Part shown: in pieces, positions 49,401-59,864 of the stretch | Layout: each line of letters begins with the position of its first letter | Position numbering within the stretch: the first letter of the stretch is position 1 | Origin: Phoronis australis | Taxonomy: Eukaryota > Animalia > Phoronida | Direction of reading: 5' to 3' | DNA: 64,000 nucleotides | NCBI GenBank assembly: GCA_002633005.1 | Contig: NMRA01000005.1 | Location: forward strand, 705,835-769,834 | Made by a program: the position numbers and the translations under genes | The notes under the pieces: generated by a model | Told to the model about the DNA's origin: nothing | What the model saw: only the letters and a program-made list of their open reading frames with translations | The model's database searches: none

Positions 49401-52400
49401 CATGAAATTAAAAAATTACTGGTTAGTAACAAAATTACACACATTTTACAATGGTAGAGCAAACTATGAAAATTAAAGCCATGTCTTCTAGTCAAAACTA
49501 TAGAGTGTGCTGAAGGATAAGGGCAATGCATTATGGGAAGTGCTTCAGTTGTGATTATTGCCTGCTTGTTGTACTGGTGAAGTGCATGGATTTAACAGGT
49601 GTGAATGAAATAATTGCAGTTGCAAGAGCGCACGGATGTTTAAAAGAACTACACAGTCCTCAATATGATGGCATGCCGTGCTGAGCGAGGATATTGAGAA
49701 AGAAACCTCAGTATACACTAGTCATTCCCAAAAAAAACAATTAATTTCATCAAAAACAGACACTCGCAGCACGAATAAAAATGTTCATTCAAGGTTTCAT
49801 CAGGATAACTGACCTATCGTCAGGATTTTGAGTGACGGCTTAACTGACCAATCAGAACACATCATTCTGGACACACCTTTGTTTCCAAGCCACCATTTTT
49901 CCCCGACAAACAACACGTTGCCGGGTAAAACTTGTTTGTTTGTCGGCATTACGCAAGGGGGCAAAGCTTGCGATTGGTCAATTATATATAATAAGACAGC
50001 AAGTGTCGACATTCCAGTCAGGTAACATCCATGTAGTGAAATGAGAGTAGCAAGAGATACAGGTAGGTCATCACCACAGTTTCAGGGTCACTGAGCTCTG
50101 CATGTTATTCAGAGAATCAGTAGCATGCTGGTCCTGAATGGCCAATGACTCTTTAATGTGCAGTAATTCCTGTACAGGTTCTCTACAGATAACACTAACT
50201 GATTTGGCTTGGTTATTGTTGCTAACACAATGCCTATAGACGTTGCTTTTGTCTGAGGTGTGATGTTCATTCAGTCTGTCACAGAGGCATCTCTGTGCGA
50301 GTCCGAAACAGAATTCCTTGCAGTTGTCACATTCAACCTTATATACAACATTACTTTTATTTAATAAAGGGATAGGTGACTTCAGTTTACACAGTCAGCA
50401 TATTTGAAAGTTTACACGAACCACATAGACGGAACGTTGAACAAACATGAACTTTTTTATTTATGCAGCGATTGTTAATCTTACTATGGCCAAAAACTGA
50501 TGTAATTTCACCTGTTCAGATTCTGAAGACGCTTTTAATGAAGAATATGCATCCATAAAGAAAGTTTTTTGCTTTCAAAAGTTTGCGAGTTTGTTTGGAC
50601 AAGGCTTAGATGTATAAATGAGACGAGCAAAAAAGCATGTCTTTTCAGTTTTAGTTTTATGCAGTTTATGGCATAGTGAATGGTTGGAAATGTGCAATAT
50701 TATTGAAATAACTACCTTTTCAGAATCGACACAGCCTGTGCATTGTAACGGACTGAATTATATGTTTCAGTATGCGGAATACATTATACAATTCAGACGT
50801 ACAGATGTATTTATCTGATCACAATTTTTGTCTTGCATTATGTACATTTCTGTACATAGTAATTCGAGTAGAGACCATAAGACTAGAAAATGTGAGACCG
50901 CCAAGCATGGGAAACTAGCACCGGCATGAACGATATTGGCTACAGGGGTCATCTTCCCAACTTGTTGTTGGGCTATAGAATTGAGCAAGTTGGGAGCAAC
51001 GGGAAAACCCCGTAATGGGGGGGAGGACTTCAACAGTTTTGTGCACTGAAGGACACACCTGCGCTATGAACTTTGCGAACGCCACAACAAAATTGTGACG
51101 TTGTCTTAAAAACATGCTCAAACTTGAATAATGACTAGGTCACTTCTAGCAGGCCATTGCTTTTTCGGTTGGAGTCGGCTAGACGGACAAAAATTTGTGA
51201 TCTAAGCAATATTAGAAATAACTCAAAATAAAACAAATTACAACCCAATACTTAGAAAAAAATCTCCTTTAACTTTTAAGTATATCAATTTGATCTTTGT
51301 CGTCATTTTTGCAAGACAGGTACAACTCCAAAATCATTATGTACATAAAATCATGGCTATCCACTTTAAGCCACTACAAAACATGGAATGGAGACAATTG
51401 CTCCAGAGACAAACCTTTTAGTACTTTCCCATAGTCACCTTCCCCTACAACTGTTGTGGTAACTCCAATGTCTCGGTCAAACGTGGCTTTGTCCAACAGA
51501 TAAAAAGCTTGCCACTTTTCACCAGGAAATGGTGCGGCAACGTGTTTGCTGTGAAAATATATTACACTTTGTAAGAAATTCCATGATGGCCATACGAACT
51601 TTCACACCTAATGATTCCACAATTATCGGAAAAACCATTTGCTGATTGCTTAAAAACATTCAATAACAAAGCAGACCCAAACACTAGCAACTTATCAGAC
51701 TACAATCATATTTTCAACGTATACTTTAATTATCGCGTACTTCCATTGCTAAGGATCAAATTTGTAGGTAAATCTTTGAATAGACTGATGCTTATATTCC
51801 AAGATCGATGTAACTGCCACGAGCACGCATGTTTTTCCACAAACACAAACAATCAAACTGAAACTGCAGTGACAACATTTAAAATTTTAAACAGCTCGCC
51901 TCAAAAATAATAATAACTGATTAAGACCTCACTAACTTCTGACGCAATGCCCACATTACCTGATTTTTGAAATGTCATTGGTAGGGGAGGTGGGTGGTCT
52001 ACTCTCCATAGCATGTACATGCCTTGCCAAAGACCCTAGGGAACTAGCGCCCCCTACAAAATGGAATAGTGAAAGAAAATCAGCAATTAGCTCAACTAAA
52101 GCTTGCAACAGATTACATCTTCAACCTTCGGTATTCCACTCCAAAAGGCAAACGAAAGCAGAAACAAATTTTAATTAAAATTTCAAATTCTAAGTGTCAC
52201 CTTAAGGATTTTACCTTCTGTCACTCTCACAACTTGCTTAGGTTTACGAGACTTCGTGTTTGAGCCATGACCCTGCAACAAAGACCAACACGCTGACAAC
52301 AAGTGCTTCACATAATTTTTACCACAAATGGGATCAGATAACAAACAACTGTATCTCTACTGTTCACCTTTCAAGTTCATCATCAAAAATCTCACCTGTT

Positions 52401-55400
52401 TCCAAACAATGAACATTACTTCACTTTTTGTAAAATAATGAATTTCCAAGGTAGAAAATGAACTTCAAGGCAAACACCTGGGGTTTTCTGTCTTTTATAA
52501 GTGTCTATGGTCATAAACCTTGCAATAGGATCACAGCATGACAACAGTTAAGCCAGTGAAAAGCCACTTCTAACCTTACACAACATTACAAATATCTCTC
52601 ATTTTGTTTCAACTCCAAATGCCAGCAGGTTTCCAAATCCAGATATCAATTTAGTCCATCGATTATAATACAATACCAGATATTAACTATAGTGGCAGGC
52701 TTTTGGAAATTAAGAAAATGGTGGGCTCTTGTTCAAGAAGAATTCTTACTGTTTTAGGTAAAATACCCGTGGTTAAGACACTTTTATTGCCCAAGATTGT
52801 TCATTTGCTTCAATCCCTCCCTAACCCCTCCATTGACATGACTCAAGAATTAGAGCGAGTTTTTTTGGCTTCATTTGGAATAGGAAGAATGACAGAGTTA
52901 GCTGAAATGAAATTGTACAAAATCAGGATAATGGTGGTTTAAGAATGGTTCATGTTCGTTTTTTATTAAGTCTTTGAAAATATCGTGGCTTCGTAAACTA
53001 TTCACCTCAAATACCATACGTGACCTTGCAGAGGCAGTTTTGGGTAGCAATGTACGGTTGATAACTTTTTTAAAATGAGGGACACTTTCTTCCAAAAAAT
53101 ACATGAAGGAACAGAGAATCTGTTCTGGAAGCAAGTTTTAAGCGATGTTGTGCTCCTGTTTCAAATGTATGACAAAAATGAAAATATTATTTACTCTCCC
53201 CTATGGTATATAATTCAAAGATTAAAGTCGGTAGAAAATCTATTTTCTACAAGACCTGGTATTAAAGGGAAGTCTATCGTGTGTGTGATTTGTTTAATGC
53301 TGAAGGTTCTTTTGTGTCATACAAAGAACTCTGTAACAGTTATAACTTTCAACCTCCAATACTAGAATTCTATGGATTAAGAAGTGCAACCTTTGCAGCG
53401 TACAGGGGTCTTAAGAATAGACAAGAAAATATCTTTTTACCAAGTTTTCCAAGTTATATTTAAAAAATTTTGCATAAATCACAAGCGGTAAATATTTGTA
53501 ACACCTTAGTACAGACACTTCAGACAGCTTGTAAATATAAAAACGAGTGGTCACCTGAGATAGATATAAACATTGTTATAAATAATGTAAATTTTAGTGA
53601 ACCTGATACATGGTGGAGAAAAGTAAATAAACTCCCCTTCAATTGTACAAAAGATACAAAATTCAATTTCTTTCAATACTGCTCAGTTCACAGAATATTG
53701 CCAACCAATAATTAGTTGCATAAAACTGAAATAAAAACAAGTGATTTATGCTCTTTCTGTGGTGAACACAGTGAAACTTTTATCCTTCCGTTTTGGGAAT
53801 GTCGTCTCGTCTCCGCTTTCTGGCTCCTGTTTACTGAACAGTTAAAACAAACGTATCATGTAAATTTTCATGTGGACAAAATAACGATGTTTTTCGCTTT
53901 TTTGGAAAACACTCGGTCGGAAAATAATAACATTAATCTGTTGATCATACTAGCAAAAAATTACATATTTACCCAAAAATTTGCTAAAAACTCTCAATTT
54001 CCAAATGTTTGTAAACTTTATTAAGGTTACATCCTGAAGAAAATACGATACTTGTTGACTAGTGATTTAATGTTATTCTTTGTAAACGATGTATACTGTA
54101 TTGCTTTATGTGACATGTGAATTATCATGCTAGAGTAATATAAAAATTTAGTCCATCGTAAAGTGTTGATACAGGTCTTTTGTTTGCCATCAAGACTTTC
54201 ACACCACTAACGTACCACAATTCAAAGAGTGACTAAGACTCAGTTTAGGTGAAACCTCTTGACTGTAAATACTGGTTAACATTCAAAGGCTTTTTCAGCA
54301 AATTTTTATCATATTTTTCTCACATTCCAAACAGATCCCAAAATCACAACAAAGAGTCTCAGAATTAACGACACTAGTGGTTCTAGTACTAACTTGTAAA
54401 TCTTCTGACAAAGTACAAAGTGCCGCAAAACTGGTCAAATTTTTAATGAACTAGTTATATACTGTAAGAAGCCTTAATCATAAAATGTATGGCAAAATCT
54501 CACAAATTTCGGACACAATTTGGGGGACACTATTTTTTCATTAAATGAAACACAGGAACAAAATCTGCTGGTTTGCCTGATCCAACTTTTGTACCACAGC
54601 TACTGAGAACAGACAATGTTTTATACAAAACTAAGGAGATTTCACTGCAGTTAAACAAAATAAAACAGGTTTAGAGCAGTTTTTGAGGGACATCATAAAG
54701 CCTCTGAGAACATGGACAAATAATATCAGTTACCTTTATCTCCTGGAGTTTACTTTCAAGGAGTTCTGCTTCATCACGATAGTCAGCTTTACGGAGAAGT
54801 TTCAAGAATTCCGGCCAGTACCGAATTCTCATGGAAAAGTTTGCTGATAAAAGGTTTTCCATAGCCCGAGTATTCCCGTAATTTGTATACGCACACTCCA
54901 ACTGTTCCTGTTATTTAAAATATTGGTCATGATGACTGACATGAAAATTCTGTTTAATGCAGAATATGAAATTTCACAGAAATGAAAGTCTACCCAGACA
55001 TACTACTATAAGCCTAGAGAAATCACATCTTTAAACAATACCATGACGGCGTTTTCCCGTTGCTCCCAACTTGTTTGATTCTATAGCCCAACAACAAGTT
55101 GGGAAGATGACCCCTGTAGCCAATATCTTACATGACTGATTAACTCCATTAGTTCGATAATTGCTCTAATCTTCAGTAAGATCCTATCTAGCCTACCTTG
55201 GCTGTGCTGTTAAAAATAAAAGTTAGGTTATAATCTATTTGAACATAAACCAATAACATTTCTGAAATCCTTATCAAATGATGATCATTTTTAGTTTTTG
55301 AATCGCCAAAATCACCCAACTACAACGGTTACCGAAGTTACGACAATCTATTCTTTCCGAACGGGCCAATTCGTTCTGGGTTTGACTGTGTTCACACATG

Positions 55401-57089
55401 GTCTGCAATAAGCCTGGTAGATAATTGGCCTGCTTGTTGTCATAACAGACAAAAGACTGTGCTTGGCAGTTAACAAAGGAGCTAGATGTTATCCCACCGT
55501 CACAACCCTCTACGTCTGGTGAAGTCACTGAATGCGGGAAAACGCCGTCATGAATTTAAATGGCGTACTTATTTAGGTGATTTAAGTGATATAGGACCCT
55601 AGAAAAATGAACAAATTTGACCAACTTTGAACATTATATCTCAGAGATGAGTGATAAGATTCTTATGACAGTTTGGTAAACTATGCTTTGTGTACGCTCT
55701 CCAAACATGGACTGTTATGATTTTCATGAAAAAGAAATCAGGCAGCATGAAACGAAAACAAAATGGTAATTTAGAAAACTGTATCAGCATTTTCAAGATT
55801 TCATTTTAACATTGAATATCACAAACATTTTCAAGTCTGGTCTGCACACCACCTGTTGGCCACATCACGTGAATTAATGAAGATGAGTCTGAAAAGATTT
55901 CTGCCTCCGGCCCGGCGGACTCGAACGCAGGACCTTCTGCTATCTGTGCAGACGCTCTTAGCGTGCAGGTGGTATGCAAACCAAACTTAAAAATGTTTGT
56001 GATACGTTATATTCTTGTTTACTTTAGTTTGACTTTTATGACTTATTACAAACATTTTTACATTTGGTCTGCACACAACCTGTTGGCCACACCATGTGGC
56101 CTGATAATGTGGCCAACAGGTGGCGTGCAGACCAGACTTAAAAATTTTTGTGACCTACATTTCCACTCTGGTTCCATAATTTAGACATTTAACATATTAA
56201 ACAAAATTTGGTCATGATACTGGTACCATGGTTTTGCTATCAATGCACCTTCCTTTTTGCTAGATTTAACTAAAAAATACACTGTCACATGACCCAATTC
56301 AGTAGTGTCAGATTGATAAAAAGTCAAACATCAAATTTTACAGGAAGGCTTTCTACTCGAGTCAAATAAAACTTTTACTGAGTTAAAGAAGCTTTGAACA
56401 TAATACTCGACTATCTTCTCATTTCTAATCCTGAAAAATGGCTCGAAAGACTCTCTCACCAACATCAATGTGTTCAGGGGTGTGTCTGTTGTTGTGAAAA
56501 CTTAAATTCTGTCTTGGTGTGAAGGAAAAATTGTTTCATGAAAAGTGAAATTTAAGATGAGAGAGACTCCAAAAACTGACTTAAGTTTGCAAAAACATGC
56601 AGACATAACAAGGGATCATCTATGCTTCGATGAGATGTCAAAAATGGACTTTGATATCATCAAACTCATAAGCATTTGTCAGTATCAAAATGGCTTATGT
56701 TGACACTTCACATGTAACAAGTAAAGTGATCCCAGCGCCACCTAGCAATGAACTTTAGTCGCCATAGTGTCACCCACCTTTAAATCCGATGTTATTTATA
56801 TACCGAAGCTGATGTACTGGTTCAAGTTATCATCGCATTTTAGTTCAAATGACACTATTCTCAGAGTTAACGTGGTGAAAATGGGGCTAAAACTGACAGG
56901 ACAGTACAACTGAGATCTGCTTCAAACAGTGAACAAACTATATGATCCCTGGAACAAATAACTTACTACTTCACTTCGGGACAAGTGAATATCATCCTCC
57001 AGGTAACACTTGATGTTACAAAAAGTGATTCTTGAAGTAAGCTTACGGGTACACTGCCTAAGAGCTTTTCTTCTCAAGTCATCCTCCAT
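34487..57089 (-). CDS. Multidomain CARD-like / protein kinase / RING-like / metacaspase-type C14 protease / Ubl-like protein, 859 aa, 16 coding exons
   Basis: Exons on the minus strand: 57089-56967, 54907-54734, 52272-52215, 52053-51960, 51548-51415, 49162-49074, 47036-46825, 45739-45522, 43834-43722, 41937-41833, 41234-41153, 40784-40665, 40084-39955, 39770-38995, 36003-35909, 34543-34487 (TGA). All are GT-AG, and the phases chain without a stop (2580 nt). The last two exons and the exact N-terminus are less certain. Confidence 0.75.
34850..35290 (+). mobile_element. Penelope-like element 3' remnant (GIY-YIG + hammerhead-like motif), antisense in the last intron of the multidomain gene
   Basis: SNVMYC/DCNASYIGMTSRILKLRLNEHSR...SHVIDTSH...ILEHKPQLN with frameshifts, then ctc-ttgaaaa...gaaacgtc-gag at 35237-35277. 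Confidence 0.7.
36745..36875. repeat. Tandem duplication, 69-bp period x2
   Basis: cagtctgttctccacc.gattgaataatgtgaacttttgccttgagaatg at 36745 and 36814. Confidence 0.85.
37080..38960 (+). mobile_element. Non-autonomous hAT DNA transposon, copy 1 (intron 14 of the multidomain gene)
   Basis: 15-bp TIRs CAGTGGCGGATCTAC / GTAGATCCGCCACTG, flanked by cgtta on both sides. The internal remnant LKGLSV...RDADIVEAYKLIDTAVDEVQAL...WVEWFQ...IGSDIQIPQQSRQQ resembles THAP12/ZMYM1-type hAT transposases. Confidence 0.85.
38995..40084 (-). CDS. Peptidase C14 caspase-fold domain of metacaspase/prokaryotic orthocaspase type
   Basis: WFLLAIGG..Y...FYRDAERVCNIF..PAVCGMRPSNVKL...LVIFYSGHG (His codon 39625-39623)...VLVVIDCCYAA (putative catalytic Cys 39505-39503)...ISSCGASEKS...SVFSDALVSCL...GFIDLNFLKSYL. 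The His-Cys dyad is intact and there is no QACRG motif. Confidence 0.85.
40665..41234 (-). CDS. RING-like zinc finger exons of the multidomain gene
   Basis: Exons 41234-41153 and 40784-40665 join to give CISC-x10-C-x4-C-x3-CKGC-x10-CPSH, eight putative Zn ligands with RING-like spacing. Confidence 0.6.
41833..51548 (-). CDS. Protein kinase domain exons (TKL; IRAK/Pelle/RIPK-like) of the multidomain gene
   Basis: Subdomains occur in order across 6 exons: VGEGDYGKVLKA (I), EVVVK (II), FTMEKE (III), KHPYILPV (IV), VSPYMVKGEL (V), AVCHLH/IVHRDIAPRNILLD (VI), VRLGDLG (VII), AYSDPE (VIII), DVYSVGLIMLRLLT (IX), AIGCLKPPQERK (XI). Confidence 0.9.
46224..46713. mobile_element. MITE (Harbinger/Tourist-like) in a kinase intron
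   Basis: Imperfect TIRs taaagaccctttcat / atgaaaggcccttta, with repeated internal gttaactgg and gttcatactg motifs. Confidence 0.5.
52655..54147 (+). mobile_element. 5'-truncated L1/Tx1-clade LINE (ORF2 post-RT region + zf-RVT), antisense in an intron
   Basis: RRILTVLGKIPVVKTLLLPKIVHLLQSLPNP...HRILPTNN...SDLCSFCGEHSETFILPFWEC, with multiple frameshifts and stops. Confidence 0.88.
54734..57089 (-). CDS. N-terminal CARD-like (death-fold) domain exons of the multidomain gene
   Basis: MEDDLRRKALRQCTRKLTSRITFCNIKCYLEDDIHLSRSEV|EQLECAYTNYGNTRAMENLLSANFSMRIRYWPEFLKLLRKADYRDEAELLESKL. This ~95 aa helical pattern (G...A...LL.......W..FL..L....Y...A.LLE) is typical of CARDs. Confidence 0.6.
55042..55551. 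mobile_element. MITE with 18-bp TIRs CATGACGGCGTTTTCCCG; partial inverted copy at ~50925-51017
   Basis: catgacggcgttttcccg at 55042 and cgggaaaacgccgtcatg ending at 55551. The first ~90 bp match the reverse complement of 50925-51017. No clear TSD. Confidence 0.65.
55820..56152. repeat. Nested inverted repeats around a tRNA-derived SINE head
   Basis: aacattttcaagtctggtctgcacaccacctgttggccacatca and its inverse occur twice each. The minus strand at ~55901-55962 reads gctaagagcgtctgcacagatagcagaaggtcctgcgttcgagtccg (tRNA-like). Confidence 0.55.
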
Positions 57090-58489
57090 GAACCCTCTGA
57101 AAGAATACCACCAAATGAATAATTTTTATACATCTCTCTAGAGAACACCAAGTTAAGTATGTAATGACTCTTTTCAAATCGTGGACACTTCGATCTTGGA
57201 ACTACTCTTGATTGTAGATAAGATCAGTTCGCAAATTTAGATGTTTTTACTTTTATAATTGGAAAAAACAGGTGCAATTTCAAAAGATGTTTACAGCGAT
57301 ATGGCTTTGGTTGTTTATAGCCACGGTGATGCATTATTTGCAGAAAACCTTCCAGCGTACATGACTTACAAGGATGTGTCACCACTTATCAAGGATGTAG
57401 ACAACCTTGGTACACACGTATCTTAGATAAAAATTTCAAAAAAAAATTTAAAGTTCATATACAATACCAGACATATGATCACAACTTATTGCCACACAAT
57501 CAAGGAGTAAAATTAAGGAATAATTTGCCAAACTACTCAAGGCAAATTTGTGGATTGAAGCAGACAGTGCTACCATTGCTACTTAGCAGTAGAGAAGGTG
57601 GCCATCCCATAGGGCCTTCATACGACGGAAGCATTTTGGCAAATTATGCCTCACACTAAGTAAAACATCAAAGTCAAGTAGCTATGAAAATGGAGGGACA
57701 TCTTAAAAGGCCGTCAATGTCTTTAATTCCTTCCAACTTGAAGGAATACTCCCATGATCAAACATTTTTCAAGCAGTCCTTCATTCAGTTGTCCAAACTG
57801 GCACCTGGCTATTTTTATACTGTTCGCGCTCACTCTCTAGGATTGAAAGAGGTCTCTCAATTTAGTTCACAAAGATTTGCAAAATAATATAATGGCCATG
57901 AAACTGGCAGAATACCTCCATAAACAGGAAAATACATCTTTATTCAATTTTATGACCTTTACTCAGTTCTATACTCATGTATTATTAAAGTTCGTCATTT
58001 TTTAAACAAGAGCAACACAGCCCATTGAAATTACCCATGACTGCACTACAAACGTTGTGCTTCTAGGGGTGTTTATCTGCATCATAGAAAATGGTCATTA
58101 GATGGCACAGAATACACTGATGAACTCATCCAAAAATGGAAAGGAGTCATCGTCTCTCAAAACTATCTGAAGTTACATAAAAAAAATAAAATTGCCACTA
58201 GTGAGCACAGCAGCTGTAGTTGGATTGGTCTGAAACTCACTGTCATTTGTTGCCATATCCATAGGAACACACCTGCGAAATTTCTGAAAGATCTTGCAAA
58301 GGGTAAAGGAGATACAGGCCTGGACACAAAAAATTTAAAATTACCACTAAGGGATGCCACAGTAATGAACACATCTGAAAATCAAAGTTAGCCTCCGTCT
58401 TCTCATCAGGATCACATCTCCAAATTTTATGATTCTTCAAGCGGTTTGGTGGATGGAGAGGGTGATGTCAAAAATGTACTCAAAATTTT

Positions 58490-59760
58490 TTTAAAGGGCC
58501 ACCGAGTGGCGCAGAATACGTCAAATCCACACGCAAATGAGAAACGGTCTTCTTCTTATAAATATAAACCTAGTTGTAAAAGTTCATGATAATAGAAACG
58601 GCCACTATACATCGAATCTTTCTGAAAATGGGAATCTTTCGGCCCTCATGGAAATCTACTTATTAAATTTCATTAAAATCTGCTGAGTTTCAGAGATACA
58701 GAGGACAACAAAAAAAAATGCCACTAGGGGGCACAGCAGCAGTGCGATCCATCCAAATGTCGTCATTGTCCGTTTTCAACTTCATACAAATACACTTGCC
58801 AAATTTAAAAATGATTCTGCGGAGGATTTCGGAGATACAGCAATAAGCACAAAAACGCCACTTGGAGGCACCACAGTAGTCCAAAAATCGTCACCAGCTG
58901 TCCTTTTCACAGTAGAAACATAAACACAAATTTTCAAAGTCATCCTTACAGTGGTTTGGTTGATAGAGAGGCCACTAGATGGTGCAAAATATATGTTGAA
59001 TGCATCTGAAAATAGGAACATGTCATTGTTTCTTTATAGAAAGCTATTCACCACATGTCAGAAAAATCCGTCACGGATTTTCAGAGAAACCGAGGAAAAC
59101 GGAAAAAAATGAAATTGCCACTGGGGGGCACTGAGTTCTTCGGATCTGTCCGAAAGTCGTCGTCATCTGTTATAAACTTCATATACATATACCTGCTAAA
59201 TTTAATAAAGATCTGGCAGCGGGTTTAGGAGATACAGTCATCGGCACAAAAAATACAGAACTGTCACAAGCAGGCACCACAGAAGTAGAATTCCTCAGAA
59301 AATCATTGTCAGCCACCATCTTCACAGTAGGAACATAATTATATGCCAATTTTCACAATCATCCTTAGAGTGGTTTGGTAGACAGAGGGGCGGACGCCAA
59401 AAACACACTCCAAAACAATAAAAAATGGCTAATAGGTGGCACAAAATACCTTGCGTCCATCTTAAAACAAGAGGGTAGCATCATCTCGGAAATAGATGCA
59501 TATTTGCGAAGTTGAGGACATTTGATGATACAGAAGTAAATGTAGAAAAACTAAAATTGCCACTAGGGGGCAAACCAGTAATCGGATCTATCCAAAAATT
59601 CGCTCATCGATGCTGTCCCATCCGTGAAAGGAACACATGCGCAAAATTTCATGAACATACATCAAAGGGTTTTGGAGATAGAGCAGCAGACACAGGATGC
59701 CGGAAGGACGGGAATGACAGTGTAACACGTGCACATATAAATATGTGGGCACATAAAAAG
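58490..59760 (+). repeat. Degenerate modular repeat with periodic CCACTAGGGGGC (CTCF-like) motifs
   Basis: Diverged ~115-165 bp modules of the form gccactagggggca...gccaaattt...ggatttcggagataca. Motifs lie at ~58720, 58857, 58972, 59117, 59262, 59428 and 59560. Confidence 0.6.
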
Positions 59761-59864
59761 GTTTGGGCTCCGTTTCATGAAAGTTTAAGTCCCCAGAGTT
59801 TGATTGTTGTCATGACATCAACAACATTGTTTAACAAACGCAATGTGTCTTTCCAGACTTATAT

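Noticed and set aside
58273-58375. Additional upstream exon of the multidomain gene (similar small candidates for the VWA gene at ~27761-27806 and ~28518-28549)
   Set aside because: The splice signals are plausible, but there is no coding motif or transcript evidence. They may be 5' UTR exons and are not reported as features.
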